Positions 37,377 to 46,961 of a stretch of DNA of 64,000 nt are shown here, in pieces (position 1 is the first letter of the stretch; every line of letters begins with the position of its first letter). Source of the stretch: Candidatus Eremiobacteria bacterium (GTDB lineage Bacteria; Vulcanimicrobiota; Vulcanimicrobiia; Vulcanimicrobiales; Vulcanimicrobiaceae). The stretch is taken from the NCBI GenBank assembly GCA_963737065.1, contig CAVTRC010000002.1, positions 224,001-288,000 on the forward strand, given 5' to 3'. The translations under genes and the position numbers were made by a program. The notes under the pieces are model-generated. The model was not told where the DNA came from. It searched no databases and was given only the letters and a program-made list of their open reading frames with translations.

Positions 37377-38078
37377 TCAGCGACGCTGGTACGAGTCGGC
37401 GAGGTTGTCATTTATGACAGTTGCTACACCATTGCTGTTCAGCTGTAACGTTGTCGACAGAGTTTGCGAGGAATAACTCCAGCCTGCAGGCAAGGTCAAT
37501 TTGCTGCCCAGTGTAGGCAGTTGTGCATACGTCAGCGCCGGATCAACGATTTGTGCGTACGATTGCATCACATACACATCGCCGTTCGGCGCGGTCAGTT
37601 CGAAGATTGGCTTCCCCGCTAAGTAGATCCACACGGTGTCACGCTGAACCTCGTTAGGAACATAGAACTGTTGCCCGACGGTAGGCTGTCCCACCGGCGT
37701 CTGAATTATGCCGCGCAGACCCATTTCGAGTCCGCCAAACGTGAACGTCGTTCCGGTTGCCGTCGAGCCCGTCGCCGATATCTCGTCCAACACCCAATGC
37801 CTCGGGCCATTGAGCTGCGCGCTCTGAGAGCCAAATTCTTGGTCCACCTGTGCGACGGTGAGCGCGTTCCACTGCGAGGCAGGGCAATCACTATATCCGA
37901 GCGTGTTATAGACGTAGGTGTTCACAGTCTGTCCGGACTGGACCGAGGGAATAACCTCGCAGTAGCGGGCGTCCCGTAGGCCCGTTGTAACGACTGGACC
38001 GGGCCCGATGAACGTGCCGTTGTTACCGCTGCACGCAGCAATCGTCAGCGAAAGCGTAAGTAGATACGATCGTTTCAT
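37377..38078 (-). CDS. Conserved hypothetical lipoprotein
   Basis: Lipobox IAAC; RYCE, YNT....CP...W, NGPR.W..D, YVMQSY. Confidence 0.75.
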   Translation of the reverse strand: MKRSYLLTLSLTIAACSGNNGTFIGPGPVVTTGLRDARYCEVIPSVQSGQTVNTYVYNTLGYSDCPASQWNALTVAQVDQEFGSQSAQLNGPRHWVLDEISATGSTATGTTFTFGGLEMGLRGIIQTPVGQPTVGQQFYVPNEVQRDTVWIYLAGKPIFELTAPNGDVYVMQSYAQIVDPALTYAQLPTLGSKLTLPAGWSYSSQTLSTTLQLNSNGVATVINDNLADSYQRR

Positions 38079-38609
38079 TTCGACACCTACGTAAGTAAAA
38101 TGGCGAGAGTTCGTTTAGTCTAGCAGGTTCGCACACCAGAGGCTATCCTACGTCGTACAAGCAATTCGCGGCGCGCGGGTAAATTCCAGCGGACGCCTGC
38201 TCACATGTGCGACGGCGTCGTTCGGCGCGAAGAGCAGTCGTCTCCGTCGCACCATGCACGGCTCCGTTGATAGTAATTGCGACGTCGCGTACGATGGCAG
38301 CGGAACGTCGCTGGCAGTATTCGACGTTCGCACTGTAGCCGCAGAGCCGGAGAACCAGTTGCACCAGTTGTTTGCGCCCGCCGCTCTTGTCTCGCGTTCG
38401 TCGACGCTGACTGCAGAACAAGGTCGGCATCGCACAGACGTACCGACGCGTCATTGTAGCGATGTCGTTTTAACGGCGCCCGCGTCAGGCCGTTGCGTGA
38501 TGTTGCTCGCTAACGTGCTCGCGACATCGCCGGGAAGCCGATTCTACAAGGAAAAACTCCACACCAGTAGCAAGTGTCAGAGCCGTAGAACTCGCTGTCT
38601 ACATGCGAG

Positions 38610-38687
38610 CGGGCTGTGGCGCAGCTTGGTTAGCGCGCTTGACTGGGGGTCAAGAGGTCGCAGGTTCGAATCCTGTCAGCCCGACCA
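38610..38687 (+). tRNA. tRNA-Pro(GGG)
   Basis: Acceptor CGGGCTG/CAGCCCG, anticodon arm CTTGA-CTGGGGG-TCAAG, GGTTCGAATCC T-arm, encoded CCA. Confidence 0.97.
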
Positions 38688-38691
38688 TTTG

Positions 38692-38722
38692 AGCCTCGAT
38701 TTTTATCGGGCTTTTTCTTTTT
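38692..38722 (+). terminator. Intrinsic terminator after tRNA-Pro
   Basis: AGCCTCGAT-TTTT-ATCGGGCT stem followed by TTTTCTTTTT. Confidence 0.75.
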
Positions 38723-38723
38723 C

Positions 38724-38880
38724 GGCACCAGACCGGAACGCCTCGCCACTTCCAATTCTTCCACGGCTTCCGGGTCGGCGTCTTTTATCACAGCGCGAAT
38801 CTGCGCGAGGGTCTTACCGCGCCAGCCGCCCAGCGCTTTGATCGGTTCGTCCATCATGCGAGAGGGAGACGTTGCTTCGA
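38724..38880 (-). pseudogene. DUF1801 (YdhG-like) fragment, frameshifted and truncated
   Basis: IKALGGWRGKTLAQIRAVIKDADPEAVEE, then a +1 shift (near 38754) restores WKWRGVPVW; breaks off at the tRNA terminator. Confidence 0.75.
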
Positions 38881-38899
38881 ACGAAAGGACGGCGCTGTA

Positions 38900-39856
38900 A
38901 TGCTTCGTCACCTTTTTGCGTACGCGCTTAGCGTTGCGATGCTTGGCGCGGCGCCGTCCCTACCGTACCGTGAAGAACCGGTTTCCGTTACGATTCCAGG
39001 CGGACATCTCAGCGGAACGCTCATGTTACCAGCGTCCAGCGCACCGGTTCCCGTCGCATTGATCGTCGCGGGTTCCGGGCCGACGGACCGCAACGGAAAT
39101 GCAAGAGGCATGATGCAGACCGATGCATATAAGAAGCTCGCGGAAGCATTAGCTGCACACGGCATCGCGACACTTCGGTATGACAAGCGTGGGATTGGTG
39201 AGAGCACCGTTACTCAGACGGAAAGTGCCTTACGGTTCGACGACTACGTCACTGATGCGCTGGCCTTCACGGCGCAACTGGAACAAGACAAACGATTCAG
39301 CCGCGTCGCAATCATCGGCCATAGCGAAGGCTCGTTGATCGGTATGCTCGCCGCGGAGCGCGATCCGCACGTTGCTGCGCTCGTTTCACTCGAAGGCGCC
39401 GGCCGAAATCTCGGAGCGATCCTCGACGAACAGATAAAAAGCAATCCCGCAAACCCGCCCGCGCTCGTGAGCGAAGTTCAGCGCATCGATGCATCGCTCG
39501 AAGTCGGAAAGACCGTAGCGGTTCCCGATCCGCAACTGGCGCCGCTCTTCCGTCCAAGCGTTCAGCCGTACCTCATCTCAGAGTATCGATACGATCCGGC
39601 TTCAGAAATCGGCAAACTGAAGATTCCCGTGTTGATCGTCCACGGAACGCACGACATCCAAGTATCGGATGTCGACGCCTCTCGTCTTGCGTTCGCAGAT
39701 CCGAGTGCGCAAGCCGTGGCGATTCCCAACATGAATCACATCCTCGTCGATGCGCCTGCGAATCGCGAAGGCAACCTGGCGACGTACCAGGATCCGTCGC
39801 TGCCGCTGGACGCAACGCTGGTGAGCTCTATCGCTGCATTCCTGACGAAGCCGTAA
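38900..39856 (+). CDS. Secreted alpha/beta hydrolase
   Basis: AGSGPTDRNG, RYDKRG.G.S, GHSEG nucleophile, G..D.QV, MNH. Confidence 0.9.
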   Translation: MLRHLFAYALSVAMLGAAPSLPYREEPVSVTIPGGHLSGTLMLPASSAPVPVALIVAGSGPTDRNGNARGMMQTDAYKKLAEALAAHGIATLRYDKRGIGESTVTQTESALRFDDYVTDALAFTAQLEQDKRFSRVAIIGHSEGSLIGMLAAERDPHVAALVSLEGAGRNLGAILDEQIKSNPANPPALVSEVQRIDASLEVGKTVAVPDPQLAPLFRPSVQPYLISEYRYDPASEIGKLKIPVLIVHGTHDIQVSDVDASRLAFADPSAQAVAIPNMNHILVDAPANREGNLATYQDPSLPLDATLVSSIAAFLTKP

Positions 39857-39883
39857 CGCCGCAATGCGCGGGGAGTAATCGTC

Positions 39884-40701
39884 ATGCATTTGAAGCGCGT
39901 TCTAGTCGCGTTGCTGTTTCTTATTCCTTGTCCGGCGAGCGCAATCATTATTCGGGATGATGTGAGTGATGCGAAGTATCGCGTTGCCGCTTCGGAATTT
40001 CCGCCGCTTGCCGATCTGCCGGGGGAAGGACACGGTATACTGATTGCTCCGCGATGGGTATTGACCGCGGCGCATGCGGTCTCGTGGCAGATGGCGATCA
40101 ATGAGGTGACGATCAACGGCACGCCACGCGCGGTTTTGCGTGTAGTAAAGTATCCCGGGTTTGAGACGCTTCCGCAGCGTCTCATCGATCAAGAGATGGC
40201 CGACGGCGATCCGACAACGGCGATACGCTTTCTCGAATCGCAGAACGACGTTGCGCTCATCCAACTGAAGGATTCGGTCGAGGACGTCCAGCCCGCGACG
40301 CTTTACGCGGGAGCGAGCGAACGTGGGCAAATCGCCGAGATAATCGGGAAAGGTGCAACGGGAACGGGTCTTACGGGAATGGCGCCAGATGCTCCGCACC
40401 GGACCGTATTGCGTCGCGCCTTTACGACGATCACCGACGTGCAAGACCGCTGGCTTTGCTACACGTTTGCAAGGCTCCGGCCGCGCTTCCACTGCAAGGA
40501 ACAACCGCGAGCGGCGACAGCGGTAGTCCTGTGTTAATCGACGTCAACGGAAAAAAGGAAGTAGCCGGTCTCGCGTCCTGGCAATGGGTTCAAGGCGATG
40601 TGCGAGCGTTTCGCGTCGGTAAATATGGTCAAATAGCGTACAGCGTGCGGGTAAGTCATTACATCAACTGGATTCAGGGGATCATTCACGGCGAGCATTG
40701 A
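39884..40701 (+). pseudogene. Trypsin-like (S1) serine protease split by a 1-nt frameshift near 40470
   Basis: WVLTAAH and DVALI in ORF 39884-40537; GDSGSP and RVSHYINWI in ORF 40456-40701. Confidence 0.82.
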
Positions 40702-40901
40702 TAGCGGATATAAATTCATTTGGCGGACATGGGTGACGAGAGTCGAGGACATCCGATGTTAAACCGATGCCTTCGCTCGTCAGAGCCAACGCGGATCACC
40801 GCACGTGTGGATCGATGCGACGTATGCCAAGAGGCGCGCCTCCGAACGTCGTGTCAATCGGTGACCTCCACGGCCACCTCTGCTGAGAACTGCGTTGCAA
40901 T

Positions 40902-41441
40902 CTAAAGTAATCGCACTTCACCCGAGTCGTACTGAAGCAGACCGGATTCGGTAACCCGCACGCCTTCGGTCAGCTTGTGCGGCGTTGCCTTTCCGGTGTG
41001 CATGATGTGCTGCACGTCGGCATCGTGAAGCAGCGTCGCGGCGTCAGACATCAGACGCCGATGGCAGCGCCACCACACCGACTCCGAGCACATGATCGCG
41101 ATACGGCCGGCGTCGGCGCGTTTCATCAAGAGATCTAACGCTTCGAGAAACTCCGGCGTCTGCATGTAATCGGCGTACGCGCGAAACGCGTCGTTGCGTA
41201 ACGCAACGTTCGGGCTGCGCGGATCGGCTTTCCGAAAGCCGCCGAACTCGGGATGCCATTCATATGCAGCACCCGAGAGGTCGGGCACCCACTGCGCCAT
41301 ACGCTCCGCCCAAACGTGTGGATGCGCGCGACTCTTGGGAATCTTGCGTACGTCGATTACGGTTTCGATGTGGTGCGTTCGCAGCAACGCGGCGAGTTCC
41401 GATTCACTCGCAGTGCCGTGTCCGAACGTCCACAGGCGCAT
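40902..41441 (-). CDS. DUF488 family protein
   Basis: WTFGHGT, IDVR..P.SR..PH, FRAYADYM, MCSE..WWRCHRR. Confidence 0.9.
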   Translation of the reverse strand: MRLWTFGHGTASESELAALLRTHHIETVIDVRKIPKSRAHPHVWAERMAQWVPDLSGAAYEWHPEFGGFRKADPRSPNVALRNDAFRAYADYMQTPEFLEALDLLMKRADAGRIAIMCSESVWWRCHRRLMSDAATLLHDADVQHIMHTGKATPHKLTEGVRVTESGLLQYDSGEVRLL

Positions 41442-41448
41442 GGCGTCG

Positions 41449-42219
41449 CTACAGCGACGCGCAGGCTTTGCGAATGAACGCCTCCGCCTCGTCGCTGTAC
41501 GGCTTCTTGAAGTCCTTCGGCCAGTACGTTTGATCGCTCCACAGCTTGTTTAGGCCTTCGCTGACATCCGGATCGCCGTTGGTGAATTGAGAGACGAGAT
41601 CGCGCCACCGCTGCGCTAAAGCGCGTGCACGTTCGCTCTTCGGATCCTCGGTTTTCGCCGCGTCCTCAACGTCCGCGATGAGTTGCGCCCATGCGCGCTC
41701 GCCCTCTTCGATGACGTGCGGCGGCGTCGTTGCGCGCTTCTCGGCGAGCTTCTTCAGTGCTTCCGCAGAGTAGTAGTTCTCGGTCCAGCCAAAATCGTTT
41801 TTCACTTTAAATGCCTCGATCACGGTGCGGACGGCGCGCCAACGTTCGTCTTGGTCACGTTCCTCCAGCGCGCCTTCGGCTTCGCGGAGGGCAGCGAGCA
41901 CGAGGTCGAGCCTGCGCTGCTCCTCGAGAATGATTTTGCGTTGGAGGCGCAGCGCATCGGTAAGCGGCTGCGGCGGTCCGTCGAGAAGTTTTTTAATTCG
42001 ATCGAGCTGGAGACCGACATAGCGCAGCGCTAGGATCTGCTCCAACCGCTCCAGATCAGCCTCGCCGTAGAGACGATAGCCCGATTCGCTGCGCGCCGTA
42101 GGCGGCAACAACCCGAGACGATCGTAAAAGTGCAACGTGCGAACGGTCACCCCGCACCGCGCCGCAAACTCCTTCGCCCGAAGCAATGCGCGCTTCGGCG
42201 TCTCCATCGATGCTCTCAC
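41449..42219 (-). CDS. MerR family regulator with TipAS-like C-terminal domain
   Basis: GVTVRTLHFYD..GLL.P..RS..GYRLY; C-terminal DP.S..A..LA.RW...FT.GD. Confidence 0.9.
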   Translation of the reverse strand: MRASMETPKRALLRAKEFAARCGVTVRTLHFYDRLGLLPPTARSESGYRLYGEADLERLEQILALRYVGLQLDRIKKLLDGPPQPLTDALRLQRKIILEEQRRLDLVLAALREAEGALEERDQDERWRAVRTVIEAFKVKNDFGWTENYYSAEALKKLAEKRATTPPHVIEEGERAWAQLIADVEDAAKTEDPKSERARALAQRWRDLVSQFTNGDPDVSEGLNKLWSDQTYWPKDFKKPYSDEAEAFIRKACASL

Positions 42220-42226
42220 CCTCCGA

Positions 42227-42257
42227 ACGCTACGCTATGACGTAACGTTAGGGTCAA
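42227..42257 (-). promoter_or_regulatory. MerR-type promoter with 19-bp spacer and internal dyad
   Basis: Minus strand TTGACC-ctaacgttacgtcatagcg(19)-TAGCGT; dyad TAACGT-T-ACGTCA. Confidence 0.85.
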
Positions 42258-42262
42258 GCGAG

Positions 42263-42284
42263 AGCGGCGCCTTTCGGCGCCGCT
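42263..42284 (-). terminator. GC-rich hairpin, likely terminator
   Basis: AGCGGCGCC-GAAA-GGCGCCGCT on the minus strand just after the stop of 42290-42637; weak U-tract. Confidence 0.6.
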
Positions 42285-42289
42285 AGCTG

Positions 42290-42637
42290 TTATTGTTTGC
42301 CGATTCGCTCGTTGGCGTTATTGAGAAGATAGATCTTATCGGCATGCCGGATGCCGAGCGCTTTTTGATCGTAGATCACGCCGACATACTGCCCGGCTTT
42401 GATCGCCTTCATCTGATACGTCGTCTTGCCGTTAGCAGAAAAGATCTTATCGAATTTGGGTACGAGCGCGAAGCTGAGCGTCTGCTTCGTCTTCGGATCC
42501 TGGACCTTGATGTTCGACGTCGAGATGTGAACGGTTATCCCGTAAAAGGTGTTCGCCGCGAGGGCCGTCAGTGGGGCGAACAGCGTGACGATGAGGAGCA
42601 GCGCGGTGGCGGCGCCGCGCACGATGACGTTTCGCAT
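42290..42637 (-). CDS. Hypothetical secreted small beta-barrel protein
   Basis: Signal peptide ending ALA; TATACT 7 nt before ATG 42637. Confidence 0.72.
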   Translation of the reverse strand: MRNVIVRGAATALLLIVTLFAPLTALAANTFYGITVHISTSNIKVQDPKTKQTLSFALVPKFDKIFSANGKTTYQMKAIKAGQYVGVIYDQKALGIRHADKIYLLNNANERIGKQ

Positions 42638-42659
42638 ATGAGATAGTATACCCCGTAGC

Positions 42660-43103
42660 ATGCCCACGTTCTTCGATGACCTGCCCACCGAGGCAACCCT
42701 GTTCGCCGACGGTGGCTCACGCGGCAACCCCGGCCCCGCCGCCAGCGGCGCTGTCCTGATCGATCCCGGCGGGCAGCTCCTCGATGAGGTCGGCCGCTAT
42801 CTCGGGATCGCGACGAACAACGTTGCGGAATGGACGGCGCTGTGCATTGGGCTCGAGCGGGCCAAAGAGCGCGGTATTCGGCGGCTTGCCATTCGCCTCG
42901 ATTCAGAGCTCGTCGTAAAGCAAATGCGCGGCGAATACCGCGTAAAGCACGCAGATCTGCAGCCGCTCCACCGTCGCGCGCAAGCGCTGCTTCGCTCCTT
43001 CGAGCACGTCGACATGAAGCATGTACCTCGTAAAGAGAACGCGGTTGCGGATCGCCTGGTCAACGACATCCTCGACCAGGAAGCATCTGCGTCAGCTTCG
43101 TAG
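42660..43103 (+). CDS. Ribonuclease HI family protein
   Basis: DGGSRGNPG, TNNVAE, DSELVV, VPR..N..AD catalytic motifs. Confidence 0.92.
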   Translation: MPTFFDDLPTEATLFADGGSRGNPGPAASGAVLIDPGGQLLDEVGRYLGIATNNVAEWTALCIGLERAKERGIRRLAIRLDSELVVKQMRGEYRVKHADLQPLHRRAQALLRSFEHVDMKHVPRKENAVADRLVNDILDQEASASAS

Positions 43104-43112
43104 CCACGCCGG

Positions 43113-43763
43113 ATGCGCCATCGCTCGATCGTCCCGTTAGCGATTCTCATCTTCGCGATTTTCATGGCGGTCACCGGATACTTTATTTACTGGCGAGCAG
43201 AGACCGGCCGGGTCGCGCAAGTCGCGAGAATTCATAAAGCGAAGAGTGAAATTTATGCGCATCTACTGATTGCCTACGATAAGCCGCCCGTGTACGAAGA
43301 AGAATACCGGATGCAAGATATCGAAGGTAAGTCGGCGTTTACGTACAGAATTCGATCGTATGCGGGCAAAGAAATCAAGATTATTGCGCCGCCCGCGGCG
43401 ATGTACGACGTCAGTTTCTTTTTCGGGAAACTCGATCAGGACGGTGTCTGGCAGATCGTGAATCAGCCGGCGCGCGGCGACACGTCCGTGCATTACACGG
43501 TCTACGTCAAACAGGTCGTCGATTTTAAGCAGGGCGAACGAACCGTGACGTTTACCGATCCGCATTGGTGGGCGGCGAGCGCGGGCCGTCAGTACAACAT
43601 CGATCTTTCGAAGAACAGTCCGAAAGATCTCCTGAAGATGCAAAGCACGTCGCTCGCCGATCCCCGCTATCAAACGATCGTTCGGGATTTTCGCAATTTT
43701 GGGCCTGACGAATTCCGGCAACATATCGCGCAAGCACGCGCGACGCTGGGCATAAAGTCGTGA
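43113..43763 (+). CDS. Hypothetical membrane-anchored protein
   Basis: N-terminal TM; GTGA overlap with the downstream deacetylase. Confidence 0.72.
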   Translation: MRHRSIVPLAILIFAIFMAVTGYFIYWRAETGRVAQVARIHKAKSEIYAHLLIAYDKPPVYEEEYRMQDIEGKSAFTYRIRSYAGKEIKIIAPPAAMYDVSFFFGKLDQDGVWQIVNQPARGDTSVHYTVYVKQVVDFKQGERTVTFTDPHWWAASAGRQYNIDLSKNSPKDLLKMQSTSLADPRYQTIVRDFRNFGPDEFRQHIAQARATLGIKS

Positions 43764-44581
43764 TTCGATCGGCCGCGCGCCGGTTCGCAGTGCGCAGTGT
43801 GGTTGCGGCGGCGGCAGTCGTCATCATCGGTTTCTCCGCGTACGAGATCGCCGAAAATCCGGCGAATCAACTGTTCGGAAAAACGATCGTGAGCGGGCCG
43901 CCCAATGAGAGAGTCGTTGCGTTGACGTACGACGACGGGCCGAATCCCCCGTACACAAACCGGATTCTCGACGTGCTCGGTAGCGAGCACGTGCACGCAA
44001 CGTTCTTCGTCGTCGGCCGAGCGGCTGCCGCGTATCCGTCGATCGTACGCCGTGAAGTACGCGACGGGGATGCAATCGGTAACCATACATGGAGTCACGA
44101 CCATTTGATCGTGATGGACGCTGCCCAGGTCCGTGAGAGCCTATTGAGGACCGACGGCGCAATCTACAGGGCGGCGAGCATTCACACGCGCATCATGCGG
44201 CCGCCGTTCGGAATGCGCGATTGGCTTGTGCTCGATCAGGCGCGCCGCATGGGGTATACACCCGTCATGTGGTCGGTGCCGCTCGCTCATGACTGGGACA
44301 ATCCCTCGCCGCAGGTAATCGCAAATCGCATCGTGCCGTACGTGCGCGACGGCTCCATCATCGTGCTGCATGACGGAAATCGCGGCCAACTCTGTGCTCA
44401 GCAACACCTCTTGGCGCATGTGTGCGACCGGAAGAACGATATCGAAGCGACGCGCTTGATCGTGCGCGAACTCAAGCGCGAAGGCTATCGTTTTGTCACG
44501 GTCCCGCAATTGATGGCGATGCGCGGCGGCCTAACGCGTGGTGTGAGCGTTATGCATACAGCTTCCCCTGAAAGCGAATGA
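43760..44581 (+). CDS. Polysaccharide deacetylase (CE4/NodB)
   Basis: ALTYDDGP, ATFF, GNHTWSH, RPPFG, IIVLHD. Confidence 0.93.
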   Translation: MIRSAARRFAVRSVVAAAAVVIIGFSAYEIAENPANQLFGKTIVSGPPNERVVALTYDDGPNPPYTNRILDVLGSEHVHATFFVVGRAAAAYPSIVRREVRDGDAIGNHTWSHDHLIVMDAAQVRESLLRTDGAIYRAASIHTRIMRPPFGMRDWLVLDQARRMGYTPVMWSVPLAHDWDNPSPQVIANRIVPYVRDGSIIVLHDGNRGQLCAQQHLLAHVCDRKNDIEATRLIVRELKREGYRFVTVPQLMAMRGGLTRGVSVMHTASPESE

Positions 44582-44840
44582 ACCCATCGGGATGCTTGTG
44601 CGCGGGATCGTGATGCGTCCAATGCAGTATCGGCGGCTTGCCGGCATCGTGCACCATGTCTCCACGCGCTTCGACGCGGTCACCCGGACGTACGGGCACC
44701 CGCGGAGCGATGTCGACGTTGTCGATGACCTCGACGGGCCCTCGGGCCGTGTTCATCGTGAATTGTTCGTGTTCGCACCGCGTGTGCGTTCCGAAGAAGA
44801 AGCTCGGTTGAGTCGTCACGGTGCCCGTCACGTCGGTCAT
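44550..44840 (-). CDS. DUF3465-like protein
   Basis: N.DIAPRVP...GD.V, LHWTHHDP..KHPDG.I...G..Y; GGAGG RBS before ATG 44840. Confidence 0.75.
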   Translation of the reverse strand: MTDVTGTVTTQPSFFFGTHTRCEHEQFTMNTARGPVEVIDNVDIAPRVPVRPGDRVEARGDMVHDAGKPPILHWTHHDPAHKHPDGFIRFQGKLYA

Positions 44841-44893
44841 GCGCGTTACCTCCGCTTGCCGATCACGCGTGCGACCGGGGATAACAAGCGCTA

Positions 44894-45445
44894 ATGCGAA
44901 CGATCGTAACCGCACGCATGCGGCTCGCGCCGGTTACGCCGGAGAATTCAGATTTGCTATGGAGCGTGCTGCAACAGCCTGACTTGCGCGAGTTTCAAGA
45001 CTTGCCCGACGTCGACCGCACGCAGTTTCGGCGTATGGTGTCCGCGCGTCCGCGCACTCTGCTGCCCGGAAGCTGGGGCCGTTTCGAGTGGCTGCTCCAT
45101 CTCACCGATACGAATGAACCGATCGGCTGGGCGTCGTTGCGCATCGCCGAGCGGTCGACGACGACGGGCGAAGTGGGGTACAGCATCGTACGCGAGTATC
45201 GCAGTCGCGGTCTTGCAAGCGAAGCGCTGCGCGCGCTCATCGAAGAGGCGTTCGTAAGGCTCGAGATGCGCAAGGTTCGCGCGTACTGCGTGCCCCGCAA
45301 CGCCGCCTCGCGGCGCGTTCTCGCAAACGCAGGGTTCACCGAAGACGGCGTGCTGCCGCACGGAGCGACGGTGCACGGCAGTCCCGTGGACGTTCTCGGG
45401 TTCGTTCTCGAACGCGTCCGCTGGCTGCAGCGCGAAGCGGTTTAA
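44894..45445 (+). CDS. GNAT family N-acetyltransferase (RimJ/RimL type)
   Basis: T.R..L.P, EVGY....YRSRG.ASEAL, N.AS.RVL...GF..DG. Confidence 0.9.
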   Translation: MRTIVTARMRLAPVTPENSDLLWSVLQQPDLREFQDLPDVDRTQFRRMVSARPRTLLPGSWGRFEWLLHLTDTNEPIGWASLRIAERSTTTGEVGYSIVREYRSRGLASEALRALIEEAFVRLEMRKVRAYCVPRNAASRRVLANAGFTEDGVLPHGATVHGSPVDVLGFVLERVRWLQREAV

Positions 45446-45891
45446 TCGAACCAGCGAACCGTGATACCAGCGTCGTGCGTGCCGAAGTATCGCGTACGCG
45501 TCGCCAAGTACGCGAGCAGCGGTTCGCGCACCACCGCAACGTCGAGCCGCGATCCGAGTTCTTCGAGCGGACACCATGCGGCATCGATGACGTGATCGCC
45601 GGCCGACGGCACACGCAACGTGCCGTTCGTCTCTATTTCGAATACGGCGCTCAGAAAATGCGTCTCGCCGTCGTAGCTTTCACTGACATACGCAAGGTTC
45701 AGAATCGACGCGACCAAACCGGTTTCTTCCCGCACTTCGCGCACGGCGGTTTCGGGCAGGAGCTCGCCGTGCTGCTGACGCCCGCCCGGCAGATTCCACA
45801 ACGGCGCATCGTGGGATGCATACGACGATGCGACGAGCAGCACGGCACCGTTCTGAAGAGCGAGTCCGCTTGCAAGATGAATGCGCGTCAT
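45442..45891 (-). CDS. NUDIX hydrolase
   Basis: LPGGRQQHGELLPETAVREVREETG Nudix box; ATGA overlap with GT4 stop. Confidence 0.9.
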   Translation of the reverse strand: MTRIHLASGLALQNGAVLLVASSYASHDAPLWNLPGGRQQHGELLPETAVREVREETGLVASILNLAYVSESYDGETHFLSAVFEIETNGTLRVPSAGDHVIDAAWCPLEELGSRLDVAVVREPLLAYLATRTRYFGTHDAGITVRWFD

Positions 45892-46922
45892 TCGCGCGCG
45901 GCCTTTTGCAAGACGTCGAGCGTTGCGAGCGCGGTCTTTCTCCATGTCATCTCTGCGGCACGACGCAATCCTCGTTCGCGCAGTTGCGCGGCGAATTGCG
46001 CATCGTGCAGAATGCGAAGAATCGCGTCGGCTATCGCGCGATCGTCGTCGACCGGAACATAGAGTGCGGCGTCGCCCGCGGCTTCGGGGATCGCCGTGTT
46101 CGCCGTCGTGACGACCGGCGTACCGTGCGCCATCGCCTCGAGCGCGGGGAGTCCGAAGCCTTCATACCGCGACGGGAAAACGAAGACCGCTGCATCGCGA
46201 TAGAGCGACGCGAGCGTCGGGTCGTCGGTCCAACCAAGCTCGCGGAAGCGGGTTTTCTGCGCTGCATCGATTCCGTCGCCACGCATGCCGGCGAGCACCA
46301 GCCCGACGTCGGCGCGCTGCGACTGCACCCGTTGCATTGCGCGAAGCAGCGCTTCGACCCCCTTCCGCTTCTCCGTCATGCCGACGAAGAGCACGTACGG
46401 TTTCAACGCCCGCGTGTCGACGCTGCCGGGTGCGTTGCCGTTATCGAAGCGCACGCCGCTCGGAATCGCGGTGATGCGGTCGGGCGCAATGTCCAGCACG
46501 CCAATCAATTCTTGGCGAGAGAACTCAGACACCGTGATGAGACTAGAACAATGCTCGGCCGCCGCGCGGAAAATCGTTTGTATTTCGGGCGCGTAGCCGG
46601 GTATCACGAAGTTCGTCGCGTCGTGAAGCGTCGCGACCGCAGGAAGCGAGAAATTCGTCCAGCTGCACCCGTTCCACGGAAACCACAGCACGTCGAGGCC
46701 AGCGAAGCGGTGCAGCGCGCGCGACACGACGCGGTACGGAGCATTGTCGACTTCACGAGCATATAGTTTGCGCACCGTCCAGGTATGCCACTCGGGGACG
46801 ATCAGCGTTACCGCGACGCGATCCGGAAGCGAGCGCCACTCACGCAGAATTTCGCGAACGTATCGTCCGATACCACGATGATCGCCGGGCAAATTCCAAG
46901 CGTCGACGCCGACCGAAAGCAC
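45888..46922 (-). CDS. Glycosyltransferase family 4
   Basis: GIGRY, TLHD, FVFPSRYEGFGLPALEAMAHG.PV. Confidence 0.92.
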   Translation of the reverse strand: MLSVGVDAWNLPGDHRGIGRYVREILREWRSLPDRVAVTLIVPEWHTWTVRKLYAREVDNAPYRVVSRALHRFAGLDVLWFPWNGCSWTNFSLPAVATLHDATNFVIPGYAPEIQTIFRAAAEHCSSLITVSEFSRQELIGVLDIAPDRITAIPSGVRFDNGNAPGSVDTRALKPYVLFVGMTEKRKGVEALLRAMQRVQSQRADVGLVLAGMRGDGIDAAQKTRFRELGWTDDPTLASLYRDAAVFVFPSRYEGFGLPALEAMAHGTPVVTTANTAIPEAAGDAALYVPVDDDRAIADAILRILHDAQFAAQLRERGLRRAAEMTWRKTALATLDVLQKAARE

Positions 46923-46961
46923 CAGCAAGAACTACGAGGCGCGCATCAAAAATTCCCCACC

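Noticed and set aside
38148..38435. RAPP-type arrest peptide upstream of the lipoprotein gene
   Set aside because: The motif is RAPR, not RAPP; no credible start or coding signal
40702..40901. Small ORFs in the gap after the protease
   Set aside because: No recognisable motif or convincing start; treated as decayed sequence
38610..41000. Intact prophage or integrative element at tRNA-Pro
   Set aside because: No integrase, phage genes or visible att duplication
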